Part shown: positions 17,301-25,293 of the stretch, piece by piece
How the letters are laid out: each line of letters opens with the position of its first letter
Position numbering within the stretch: the stretch's first letter is position 1
Virus record (IMG/VR): IMGVR_UViG_3300017700_000512
Span: 1 to 47,579 of that record
Reading direction: 5' to 3' (one strand)
Source: a virus
Taxonomy: Duplodnaviria; Caudoviricetes
Length of the DNA stretch: 47,579 nucleotides
Translations under genes and position numbers: made by a program
Notes under the pieces: model-generated
The model's input: only the letters and a program-made list of their open reading frames with translations
The model's database searches: none
Told to the model about the DNA's origin: nothing

Positions 17301-20300
17301 GCGCGGTGAGCAGCTCATCACCCGAGGTGAAGCCGAACAGCTCAGCGGCCGCGTCCGGGTCCAGGCCGCCGTCGACCTGGTAGACCCACGGCAACGGCAG
17401 CGTCTTCAGGCGAGCCGCACCGAACCGCTCCACGATCGCGTCCTTCGACAGCCGCTCGGCGCCGTCGGTCGGGGGGCCGATCGGGTTCTCGCCGTTGCGC
17501 TGCAGCCAGAAGAGCGCGCGGTATGTCGGGCGGTTGCGCAGCTCGACCTCGACCGCTGCTCGCACCTCGGCCGTCTTGCGCTTCCACCACTCGCTGCGGC
17601 CGCGCTGCAGCTCAGCCATGACGCGGTTGGCCAGGTCGTTCTGTGCGGCCTGGTGCTCGCTCTCGACCAGGCGCTGATACCCCTGCCACTCGATGGCCGT
17701 CATGCCGGCCTGCTCGGCGGTGGCGAACACCGGCGTGATGGCGCCCTCCGCGCGAGCTTGCGCGATCGCGTCGTCGCTGGCCACGAGCCGATCGAACACG
17801 TCCACGATCTCCGGGTTCAGGTCGACCTTCAGCGTCTGCAGGCTCTTGTAAATCTTCACGAGCCACGAGCGGTACCGGCCGAACGCGCCGCGCATCGGAA
17901 CCGACGGCGACTTGCCCATCATCAGGTAGGCCTCGAACGCACGCGCAAACTTCTCGTGCTGTTCGACGCCGATCTGCGATCGCTCCGACACGCCGAGGAA
18001 CTTCAGGATCTTCTTGTAGTCGCTGACCAGGCTCTTCTGGCCAGGCGTCCACGTCGTCGGGTCACCCGTGCCGACGCGATCGACCAGGTCGCCCATGATG
18101 TGCAGGTAGAGGTGCCCGGTCTCGTGCAGGAACGTCGAGAGGTCCGCGCTCTTCGTGAACTGGATCCGCGCGACGCCAGGCCCGAGGGTGATCGAGCCTT
18201 GCCGCTCGCCGTCTTCCTCCTGGAACAACGTCTGCTGCCCCGCCATGATCGACGCGCGCATCTCGGGCGTGAGCAGCAGCGCCGGCTGCATCGACACATC
18301 GGGGCCGTCTCGGCGGTTGGTCTCGCGTGCGATCTCCAGCTGCGTGAGGCGCCCGCCGTTCTTCTTCACCACGGGGAGCTTCGAGAGCGCCACCGGGATG
18401 TCCTTGTCGTAGAGCCGCGCCAGGCCTTCACCGCCGACGCGCAGGTCGTTGGCGCCAGCCTCACCCGTGGCCTCGCTCAGGATCCGCGCGGCCATCGTCT
18501 CGCCGACCACTTCGCGCAGCTGTCGGCCCTCGGCCTCTTCGAGCCGGGGATCCGCGCTGAACACTTCGCCGTCTTCCTTGACGACCAGTTCGTCCATCGC
18601 GCCGGTGTGGCTCAGCAGTCGCACCGACCGCATGCCGGCGAGGTCGGACTGCCGCTCGATCGGACTCCAGTGAATCGTGCGCACCACGCGCGACAGCGAG
18701 TAGCGGTCAGCCTGCTGCTGGCCCGTCGTCCACGACACACCGTCGAGGCCCTGCTCGGCCGCGTGCCGCAGTGCCCACTTCAGCCCGAGGTCGCGCCACA
18801 CCTTGCGGTAGAGGTCCGGCACCTTGGCGCCTTCACCGGGCGGCTGCAGCTCTTCGATGAACAGCATGCGCCGGGTGGTGGTGACGTTGCGGGTGGGCCA
18901 CTTCGCCAACTCGGCCTGCGCCTGCTCTTCCGTGAAGAACCATTCCCACATGCCGCTGTTGGCGGCGGCCCCCTCGGGCCGCACGGCGAACTTCAGGTCC
19001 GCTCGAACCGCACCGAAGCCGCCGGTGGCGATCGCTTCTTCAGCCGTGACGATGGCCTGCGGTGTCTCTGCGACCTGGCCCATCTGGCGCACGTTGAACC
19101 GCAGCCGCACGATCGGGTTGTCGATGTGGTTGTACTCGGTGTGCCCGTCCTTCCACGCCGACGTCTTCCATTCGAGCGTCGGGTCGTCCTTCAGCTTCGT
19201 GACGATCGCGATGTTGCGCGCCAGGTCGGCCTGCTCGGCGGGCGTGTGCCGGCCGTTGCCGATGCGCTTGTCGTACAGCTCCTGCCAGTTGTTGCGCCAC
19301 TGCTCGATCACTTCGAGCGCTGCGTTGCGCGCAGCGGCGTCGATCGCGGCGCCATTCTGGTCATACAGCCCGCCCGCGTTGAGTGCTTCGCGTCGCGCGT
19401 CCATGCGGGCGTCGGCGATGTTGCGCCGCACCGATCGCCACACCGCGTTGTCGGCGCCGACGATCTCGTTCTCCTCTGCGGTGAGTGACGCGAAGCCGGC
19501 ACGGGTCTCGTTGGCGGCCGTCAGGAACACTTCGCGATACGAGCCGCGTTCAGCGGTCTCGCCTTCATCGAGCTGGTAGTCGGTGAACTTCACCGAGCGC
19601 GGGCCGTTCTGGAACTGCTCCATCAGCTCCTCTTCGACCACCGCCTCGATGTTGTCGTAGTCGATGTCGCGCGCCACCTGGCGCCGCATCTCGCGTTCGT
19701 TGTCATCGCGGACGTCGTCGAGGATCCGCTGCGAGGCGTCCATAGCCTCGGTCTCGGTGGTGTAGCGCTCGCTCTCGTCGTCGCCGACCTGGAACAGGGT
19801 TTCCCCGGTCTCTTCGTCTTCGACCTCGCGCACGTCTGCGTTGACGTCAGCCGGGTCGATCCAGAAGTCGTCGGCCCACTCGTTCATCCGCAGGTCGATC
19901 TCCTCCTGGTGCCGGCGGTCGGCCTCTTCCTTCACGCGCGCCTGCTCGGGACCGCCCACCGTCATCGTGAACGTGTCGACCTTCACCTGGTTGGTGCGCA
20001 GGTACCCGAGTACTTCCTCGCGGGTGTACTGCGTGCCGTCTTCCAGGTCCTCGACGTGTGCCAGCAGGAACTCGTCCGCGTTGATGCCGGCCTTCGAGCT
20101 GCGAATGATCGCCTTCCAGTCGCGACCACTGGCCTTGTTGGTCTTGGCCTGCTCGACCGCATACTGCAGCCGCGAGTAGGCCCAGGCCGCTGTCGTGGTG
20201 TTGGGAGTGATCGCGGTCTGGAACAGCGTGATGGTCGGGCCGGTCTTCAGCACCGCCGGGTCGAACTCCATGAACACGACGTCGGGCCGGCCGTTGTTGA

Positions 20301-23300
20301 AGTCAGCGAACGCACCGCGTCCCTCGGGGAACACGAACTTGTCGGGCAGCAGCGCCACCTTCTGCGCCGCATACGGCCGATCGGCGGGCGGCACGTTCTT
20401 CCACACGCCGGCCTCGTCGTAGTTCTGCAGCCCGAAGTTGACCCAGCTGTTCTGCCCGCGCGTCTCGGTCGTCATCGCACGCCGTGCCTGCGCGGTGAAC
20501 ATCTGCGAGTGTGCGCGCCAGGCGTTCTCCTCGCCGCGTTCGCCGAAGCCGAAGCCGCCGGCTGCGTGGCCAAACACATCGTGCACCGCGCGGAACTTGT
20601 CGTTGATCGTGAGGCCCGAGGCGTCGCGCGTCGACTCACCGATGAACGGGTGGTCCTCGCCGCCGGTGAAGAAGTGCAGCCGCTTGTTCTCGATGATGTC
20701 GGTGGTGGCTTCGGTGCTGGTGGCGTAGGGCTGGCCCGTGCCGGTCCACGGGAGCAGCTGGTAGCCCTGGGCCAGGAGGAAGTCCCACTGCTGCTGCACC
20801 TCGCGTGCGAAGGCTTCATAGGCCTTGCGCACACGAGGGTTCTTGCTGTCGTCGGTGGGGAGCTGCTCGTAGACGTCGGCGATCGCCGCAGCTTGCGCGT
20901 GGTCGACCGCGATGTAGCTGTCTACGGGGTCGTAGCGGAATCCTCGCTCGGCGGCGTACTGCTCGGCGATGGCGCTGACGTGGGCGCTGGCCGGCGGGCG
21001 CCGTTGGGCGGTCGTCGCGGCGACTGCTCGAACTCCGCGTTCTGCTCGGGCCGAGGCTGCCGCACGGGCGCGGGCTTCGACTTCGGTCTCTCGCTGGGTG
21101 ACATTGTCAAACCATCCTTCTGGTGCGAACTCGTCGTTGAACGGCTGGCGTCGCACGACGCGGAATCCGTTCACGGCATACAGGTCAGCCAGGACGGTGT
21201 CGAAGCAGTCGAGCTTCGTGCCGCCTTCCTGGACCGCCAGGGCGATGAGCGCGTGCACCCGCCCATCCCCAGCCTCGTTGAACACCGACACGATGTCGCC
21301 GTCGGGCTTCAGCGCGAAGCCAGCCTTGCCGTCCTCCGAGAGGAACAGCCGCATGCCTTGGTACTCTTTCGCGCTGTAGACGTAGACCGCGAGGCCCGTG
21401 CCGTCCTTCTCGATGAGCCGCTGGCGCACCGATGCCAGGCGGTTGCGGAACGCGACCGCGTTGTCCTTGGTCGGCGCCGACTCGATGACCACCGGCGTGC
21501 CGTAGCCGGCCGCTGCGAGGCCGGCCGAGAACTCGCCGTTGGGTTCGAACCGGACGCCTACCCGCCGGACTTCAGGATCTGCTCGATTGCCTTGTTCCTC
21601 GTAAACCCGTGTCGCTCCATCACGGAAACGATCAAGGGTTCGGGTAACTGCCGTTCGTCCGTCGGGCGTGTTCCGCTTGGTGAGGTTGGCAGCGATGATG
21701 CCGGGACGGGGAACATGAGGTCCATCGGGGAGCTGGGTAAGTCGCCCGGGAGCCAGTCCGGCACCTGCGCCTCCAGCTCCGGGTCCAGCGGAAAGGTCTC
21801 CGGTTGTCCGTCCAGCAGCAGCGCCACGTAGGCTGCTTTCGTCGAGGGCCAGCCTCGGCGGCGTATCTCGCCAAGCAGGGGGTCGGAACCCGCCTGCGGC
21901 TTCAATGAGTCGACCATGTAGTGCCTCCAGGGTGAGTTTACCAGTTTTGAGTTGTTGCCACAAACTGGCGATGGCCTTCGATTCGGTGGTGCCGACCTTC
22001 TTGATGCTCGTCGGGAACAGGCTGCGTCCGGCCTCCCAGGTCACCGACTGCACCTCGCGCGGCAACACGCCCAGCTCTTCGGCCAGTCGGAAGTAGGCTT
22101 CGGCGATCAGGGGGTTCGTGCCCTTGATGCCGAGCGGGTCCGACTTCGGCCCGCTCATCGAGTTTTTGACGGCGGTCTCCTTGCCGCCCATCGGCTGCAG
22201 ATACGCAGCCGCGATCGCGTGCGTGTCGATCGTGACGCTGTTCGGATCCCACGGGTCGCTGATGTTGTTGAAGAACGACCGCACCTTGTGCATGTCGCCC
22301 ACCGACTCGTTGATCGTCTCGACGCTGCCGTCTCGCAGCACGAGCAGCGCTTTCATGATCGTCGCGTAGCCCTGCCACCGCAGCTGTGTCGGCTTGCCCG
22401 TGGTCTCGCTGCGCGCGATGCCGGCGCGTTCACCCTCGGGGGTGATGACGTGGTAGCTGCGCCCGTTGTGGACCTCGTCATACATCCGCACCAGGGCGGC
22501 CTGGCCCATCAGCGGCAGGTCGCTCCACGCGCGGCCCTCGAAGGCCTTGATGTTGTAGCGGGTCTGCGCACGCTTGTTCTTCAGATACGCGGCCGCTGAC
22601 TCGTCGCCGTTGTTCTTGCGGATCTGCTTCGCCGTCTCCATCGCGGCGGCGATGCTGCGGTTGCGATACTGCGCGATGAGGTCCGGCGTGAACGTGCCGT
22701 TGCTCTTCTGCAGCTTCGTGCTCACCTCCAGCACGCGCTCGGCGAGGGCGACGTTCTGGTACCAGTCCATCTGCGGCGACAGGATGGCGAGCAGGCCGGC
22801 CGACTGCTCCAGGCTCAGCCCGTGCTTGGTGGCCAGCTCGATGGCCAGGCGGTGCGCACCGACGTACCAGAGCTTCGCCCGCTCGCGCCACGAGGCCGGG
22901 TAGGCGTTCCACAGGAACCGCAGGTTGGCGGTCAGCTGCTGCACGATCGCCTCGGCCGTCTGCTCGTCCCCCGTGGTCTTCTTCGTGAGCGGCGTGTAGG
23001 GCCGCATGGCCTCGACGATCGACGCCAGGACCTTCGACCCCCGGACGGCGTCCATGTCCGTCCGCAGGGGCGTGCTGTCGGCCGCACGGGGCGCCGTGGA
23101 GCTGGGCACGCGGGTCGACAGGACCAGGCGGCCGTTGGTGACCGCAGCCGGCGCCGACTCCAGGCTGTGGCCGGCCGGGGCGGGCTTCTCGACCTTGGCC
23201 TTCCGCTGCTCCAGGGTGACCTCCGATTCCGCTGGCGGAACCGAAGGGGACACAACCTCCCCGTTTTCATCCCCGGTTGCGTCCCCTGCCTCCACGTTGG

Positions 23301-25293
23301 CAGCTGGTAGGGCCTCGTCCTCGCCTGCCTGGACTTCCCCCTCGGCGTCGGGCGTCAGGGCCGGTTCGGCGGTGCTCGCCTCCTGGGCCTTCCTGACGGC
23401 TTCTATGGCCATCTGCGTGCCGGCAGGTCCGAAGGTGATCCCGTGGCGGGCGATGATGTCGAAGGGATTCTCGCCGGCCTTGACCGCCAGGTTGCCCACG
23501 ACCGCCTCCAGGCCGGCCGCGTAGGTCTGCGCCACCGTGAGGGCGTCTGCCTGGTGGGCCTGGGTCATCTCGACGAAGCCGGTGTCCTCCAGCAGCATCG
23601 CGGTGATGGCCTGGGCGATCGGGGTCTGCGTCGCGGTCTCGACCGGTTCGGCACGGCCGGCGGCCGAGATCCGGTCAGCCATGGCCTGGGCCTGCTCAGC
23701 GATCGCCTCCTGCTGCTCCTTGGCCTCGCGCACGTTCGGGGCGTCGGGGCGCATGCGCAGCTCGGCGGCAAACGCGGCGTGGTGCTCGGTGGCGGCGATG
23801 CGGGCCGCGTAGGCTGACGTCGGGATCCGCACCGGGGTGCCCGAGTCCTTCGCGTGCTGCAGTGCGTTGGCGTCGCCGGTCAGCTCAGCGGCCATCACCT
23901 CGGGGTTCACGTTCTTCGACTGCCAGTACTTCTCGAACGTGTCGACGTCCACGAAGACGTTCTCGACCGGGCCGTCCTTCGTCATCGCGGCCACGACTTC
24001 CTGATACGCCTCGGGCAGCCGCTCGCGCAGCTTGCTCTCCGTGGCGTTCTCGGCCAGCGCACCGAAGAACGTCTCGGCCTGCAGCGCGGCCGCGTACTGT
24101 GCGCGACGTTGCCGGAACGACGCGGCCTCGGTCGTCGTCGAGGCCACACCACCGACCAGCGCACCAGTCGCGGCGGCCTCACGCATCGAGCGCCACATCG
24201 TCTCGGTGTCGAGCGGGGTGCCACTGCCGGCGGCGGCGAACACCGACCCGATCGCTTCCTGCAGCGCTTCAGTCACGCCCTCGATCGCGTAGCCCTTCGC
24301 GCCTTCCTTCGTGACGTCGAGGAGGAACTTCGGCTTGACCGGTTGCGCCAGCATGTTGCGCGCGATCGCTTCAGCGGTCTCGTCGCCGAACATCCGCGCC
24401 AGGCGGCCACCGAGCTTGACGGGCAACACGGTGTCGAGCGCCGCGATCGCAGAGCCACCGAGCAGCGGCGTCCAGCCGCCCACCGCGTTGGGGTCCAGCT
24501 CGACCATGGCGCCCTGCACTTCACCGACGCCGTACGTGAGAGAAGGAATCGCGGCGCCGATGATCGCGCCGAGCGTGGTGCCGATGACGGGGACCACCGA
24601 GCCGATGCCGGCGCCGACGGCCGCGCTCGCACTGATCGACCCCATCAGCGGGAGCTGCTCGCCGATGCCTTCCTTGGCCCACTGCAGGAAGCCGCTGAAC
24701 GAGTCGACGTCTTCGAAGAGCTGCGTGCGGTACCCGAGGGCTTCGCGCTGGGCGTCGTTGTGTTCGGCGACGGTGCGGCCGTACTCCTGCAGCCGTGTGA
24801 TGCCGCTGGTGCCACCAGCCCACTGCATCGAGCGACCCCACAGGCTCTGCACGGTGTCGATGCCGCCGAGCACCGACGCGCCGAACGACAGGGCGCGCTC
24901 CTGGTTGGCGAGCTGCGCCAGGTCGTCAGCGGCCGCCACTGCCTTCCAGGGTTCACGCGCGATCCACTCGGCCAGCTTGGGCGACTCGCGGAGGATGCGA
25001 TCGCTCTCGGTCTCGTAGGGGTTGCCGCGCGCCTTGTAGAAGTCCAGGTTGCGCTCGACGAAGTCGACCGGCATGCGGTGCTCTTGGGCGAGCCGCACCG
25101 CTTCTGCCCGCGCGTCGGGACTGACCGGCGGCTGTCGCAACACCTCGCGACCCTGCCGCGCGATCTCCGCGCGCTGCTGCGTCAACACAGAGTCGTACTG
25201 GCTCTGCTGTGGGGCGCCCTGCGGCGGGGTGAAGGTGTCGGGGTTGGAGACCTTCAGCTTCGACAGCAGCTCGTCGTACTCGTTGATCGGCAT
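14368..25293 (-). CDS. Giant internal virion/DNA-ejection polyvalent protein (3641 aa; Bbp10-like position)
   Basis: Follows two ejection genes. Contains a Gly/Ala hydrophobic segment, FLHETGH...HEKFARAFEAYL, and several inserted enzymatic domains bounded by LFQ motifs. Confidence 0.88.
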   Translation of the reverse strand: MPINEYDELLSKLKVSNPDTFTPPQGAPQQSQYDSVLTQQRAEIARQGREVLRQPPVSPDARAEAVRLAQEHRMPVDFVERNLDFYKARGNPYETESDRILRESPKLAEWIAREPWKAVAAADDLAQLANQERALSFGASVLGGIDTVQSLWGRSMQWAGGTSGITRLQEYGRTVAEHNDAQREALGYRTQLFEDVDSFSGFLQWAKEGIGEQLPLMGSISASAAVGAGIGSVVPVIGTTLGAIIGAAIPSLTYGVGEVQGAMVELDPNAVGGWTPLLGGSAIAALDTVLPVKLGGRLARMFGDETAEAIARNMLAQPVKPKFLLDVTKEGAKGYAIEGVTEALQEAIGSVFAAAGSGTPLDTETMWRSMREAAATGALVGGVASTTTEAASFRQRRAQYAAALQAETFFGALAENATESKLRERLPEAYQEVVAAMTKDGPVENVFVDVDTFEKYWQSKNVNPEVMAAELTGDANALQHAKDSGTPVRIPTSAYAARIAATEHHAAFAAELRMRPDAPNVREAKEQQEAIAEQAQAMADRISAAGRAEPVETATQTPIAQAITAMLLEDTGFVEMTQAHQADALTVAQTYAAGLEAVVGNLAVKAGENPFDIIARHGITFGPAGTQMAIEAVRKAQEASTAEPALTPDAEGEVQAGEDEALPAANVEAGDATGDENGEVVSPSVPPAESEVTLEQRKAKVEKPAPAGHSLESAPAAVTNGRLVLSTRVPSSTAPRAADSTPLRTDMDAVRGSKVLASIVEAMRPYTPLTKKTTGDEQTAEAIVQQLTANLRFLWNAYPASWRERAKLWYVGAHRLAIELATKHGLSLEQSAGLLAILSPQMDWYQNVALAERVLEVSTKLQKSNGTFTPDLIAQYRNRSIAAAMETAKQIRKNNGDESAAAYLKNKRAQTRYNIKAFEGRAWSDLPLMGQAALVRMYDEVHNGRSYHVITPEGERAGIARSETTGKPTQLRWQGYATIMKALLVLRDGSVETINESVGDMHKVRSFFNNISDPWDPNSVTIDTHAIAAAYLQPMGGKETAVKNSMSGPKSDPLGIKGTNPLIAEAYFRLAEELGVLPREVQSVTWEAGRSLFPTSIKKVGTTESKAIASLWQQLKTGKLTLEALHGRLIEAAGGFRPPAWRDTPPRLALDESSLRGAAAGRTTGDLSAGPGAGGAGAGLAPGRLTQLPDGPHVPRPGIIAANLTKRNTPDGRTAVTRTLDRFRDGATRVYEEQGNRADPEVRRVGVRFEPNGEFSAGLAAAGYGTPVVIESAPTKDNAVAFRNRLASVRQRLIEKDGTGLAVYVYSAKEYQGMRLFLSEDGKAGFALKPDGDIVSVFNEAGDGRVHALIALAVQEGGTKLDCFDTVLADLYAVNGFRVVRRQPFNDEFAPEGWFDNVTQRETEVEARARAAASARAERGVRAVAATTAQRRPPASAHVSAIAEQYAAERGFRYDPVDSYIAVDHAQAAAIADVYEQLPTDDSKNPRVRKAYEAFAREVQQQWDFLLAQGYQLLPWTGTGQPYATSTEATTDIIENKRLHFFTGGEDHPFIGESTRDASGLTINDKFRAVHDVFGHAAGGFGFGERGEENAWRAHSQMFTAQARRAMTTETRGQNSWVNFGLQNYDEAGVWKNVPPADRPYAAQKVALLPDKFVFPEGRGAFADFNNGRPDVVFMEFDPAVLKTGPTITLFQTAITPNTTTAAWAYSRLQYAVEQAKTNKASGRDWKAIIRSSKAGINADEFLLAHVEDLEDGTQYTREEVLGYLRTNQVKVDTFTMTVGGPEQARVKEEADRRHQEEIDLRMNEWADDFWIDPADVNADVREVEDEETGETLFQVGDDESERYTTETEAMDASQRILDDVRDDNEREMRRQVARDIDYDNIEAVVEEELMEQFQNGPRSVKFTDYQLDEGETAERGSYREVFLTAANETRAGFASLTAEENEIVGADNAVWRSVRRNIADARMDARREALNAGGLYDQNGAAIDAAARNAALEVIEQWRNNWQELYDKRIGNGRHTPAEQADLARNIAIVTKLKDDPTLEWKTSAWKDGHTEYNHIDNPIVRLRFNVRQMGQVAETPQAIVTAEEAIATGGFGAVRADLKFAVRPEGAAANSGMWEWFFTEEQAQAELAKWPTRNVTTTRRMLFIEELQPPGEGAKVPDLYRKVWRDLGLKWALRHAAEQGLDGVSWTTGQQQADRYSLSRVVRTIHWSPIERQSDLAGMRSVRLLSHTGAMDELVVKEDGEVFSADPRLEEAEGRQLREVVGETMAARILSEATGEAGANDLRVGGEGLARLYDKDIPVALSKLPVVKKNGGRLTQLEIARETNRRDGPDVSMQPALLLTPEMRASIMAGQQTLFQEEDGERQGSITLGPGVARIQFTKSADLSTFLHETGHLYLHIMGDLVDRVGTGDPTTWTPGQKSLVSDYKKILKFLGVSERSQIGVEQHEKFARAFEAYLMMGKSPSVPMRGAFGRYRSWLVKIYKSLQTLKVDLNPEIVDVFDRLVASDDAIAQARAEGAITPVFATAEQAGMTAIEWQGYQRLVESEHQAAQNDLANRVMAELQRGRSEWWKRKTAEVRAAVEVELRNRPTYRALFWLQRNGENPIGPPTDGAERLSKDAIVERFGAARLKTLPLPWVYQVDGGLDPDAAAELFGFTSGDELLTALSTAEKFDDVAKRETDARMAAEFGNMRLDGTLRMAAKLAVEENGREALLEAELRAIAKMARVIQPINTAARRQTDAEEQSARRAMRAAIEAQAVSTAQLREQAAAVLATVPVRNLNPQLYWHAARKAGTAAAAAVDSGRYEEAVRFKSQQRLAVAMHRAALKATEDAERTAKYARRLASPAAQARLGKAGQSYQDQVNGLLHKFEFAPASDKTLARRKSLREWVEDREEEGLPITLPADVLEAMAATNYRELTVERLREVRDSLKQIDHLASLKTRLLTSLDKRTFEGRRDELVASIKASQAPRPSVLEYRRADTRRHAVREWFASHSRISTLAYWLDGNKTGGPAWELLVRPLNAAADKEAARRLKAGRSYRAVVAKHYPGKALGRWNTRVHIPAIGASLSKEGILAVALNWGNETSRQRMLSDPKRQWSAFQVQAILDTLDATDWSFVQETWDFVDSFWQEISDKQFRITGLRPEKVEALPVNTKYGQMRGGYYPLAYDSRLSSAAGRNNAISEAKLQLAGAYTAQTTRRGHIEQRRKNVEQSVRLELGVMFQHLDQVIHDLTHHEPLVDVARMLRDSKVASMILDVGGEETLDQFRSAITDIAVGVAPGQSRLDKAASWARTGAQIAALGLNLWTAAQQPLGLFNGAQKVGVKWVAKGIGRWLRDASTMENTLVWIHDVSPFMASRHVTQNQDLNDLRGRLAEPGGWFDALVRQVSAEKLTQQAVTDAFLWHIGIMQRVADVPTWLGEFEKQMAAGKDEGTAVMLADQAVRDSQGGGQTVDLAKVQRGGPLARIFMVFYTYGATTYNQTAMAVGRTQFTKPIQVARFLGDLSLLYFFPALATIVLSRMIGTGEDDDDEKTLADWGVELATEMLGIALNSMVLLREFGGLLNASNRGYGGPAGTRVIQEIYRLAGQVSQGESDEGLWKALNATAGVLLHYPSTQAQRTVEGFVALASGETADPRALLFGPEKENR
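21558..21917 (-). CDS. Nested out-of-frame gene (119 aa) inside the giant gene
   Basis: Own promoter TTGTGG-17-(TGG)TAAACT and GGAGG-6 nt-ATG. It reads as protein-like sequence while the host frame turns into a G/A/P/R linker. Confidence 0.7.
   Translation of the reverse strand: MVDSLKPQAGSDPLLGEIRRRGWPSTKAAYVALLLDGQPETFPLDPELEAQVPDWLPGDLPSSPMDLMFPVPASSLPTSPSGTRPTDERQLPEPLIVSVMERHGFTRNKAIEQILKSGG
21918..21968 (-). promoter_or_regulatory. Internal promoter E with an inverted copy of the 14-bp box
   Basis: Plus strand GTTGTTGCCACAAA (21951-21964) is a 13/14 match in the opposite orientation, flanked by CCAGTTT/AAACTGG. AT-rich island in a GC-rich ORF. Confidence 0.7.

Noticed and set aside
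15232-19488. 1418-aa plus-strand ORF and other long plus-strand ORFs (e.g. 5456-7318, 19909-21831, 23854-25782, 29867-31879, 34551-36038)
   Set aside because: Mirror frames of real minus-strand genes with R/L/V/H-skewed composition and no recognisable motifs.
22932-23270. 112-aa out-of-frame ORF in the giant gene
   Set aside because: Arg/Pro/Ser-rich frame-shift composition, overlaps a globular domain, no promoter recognised.
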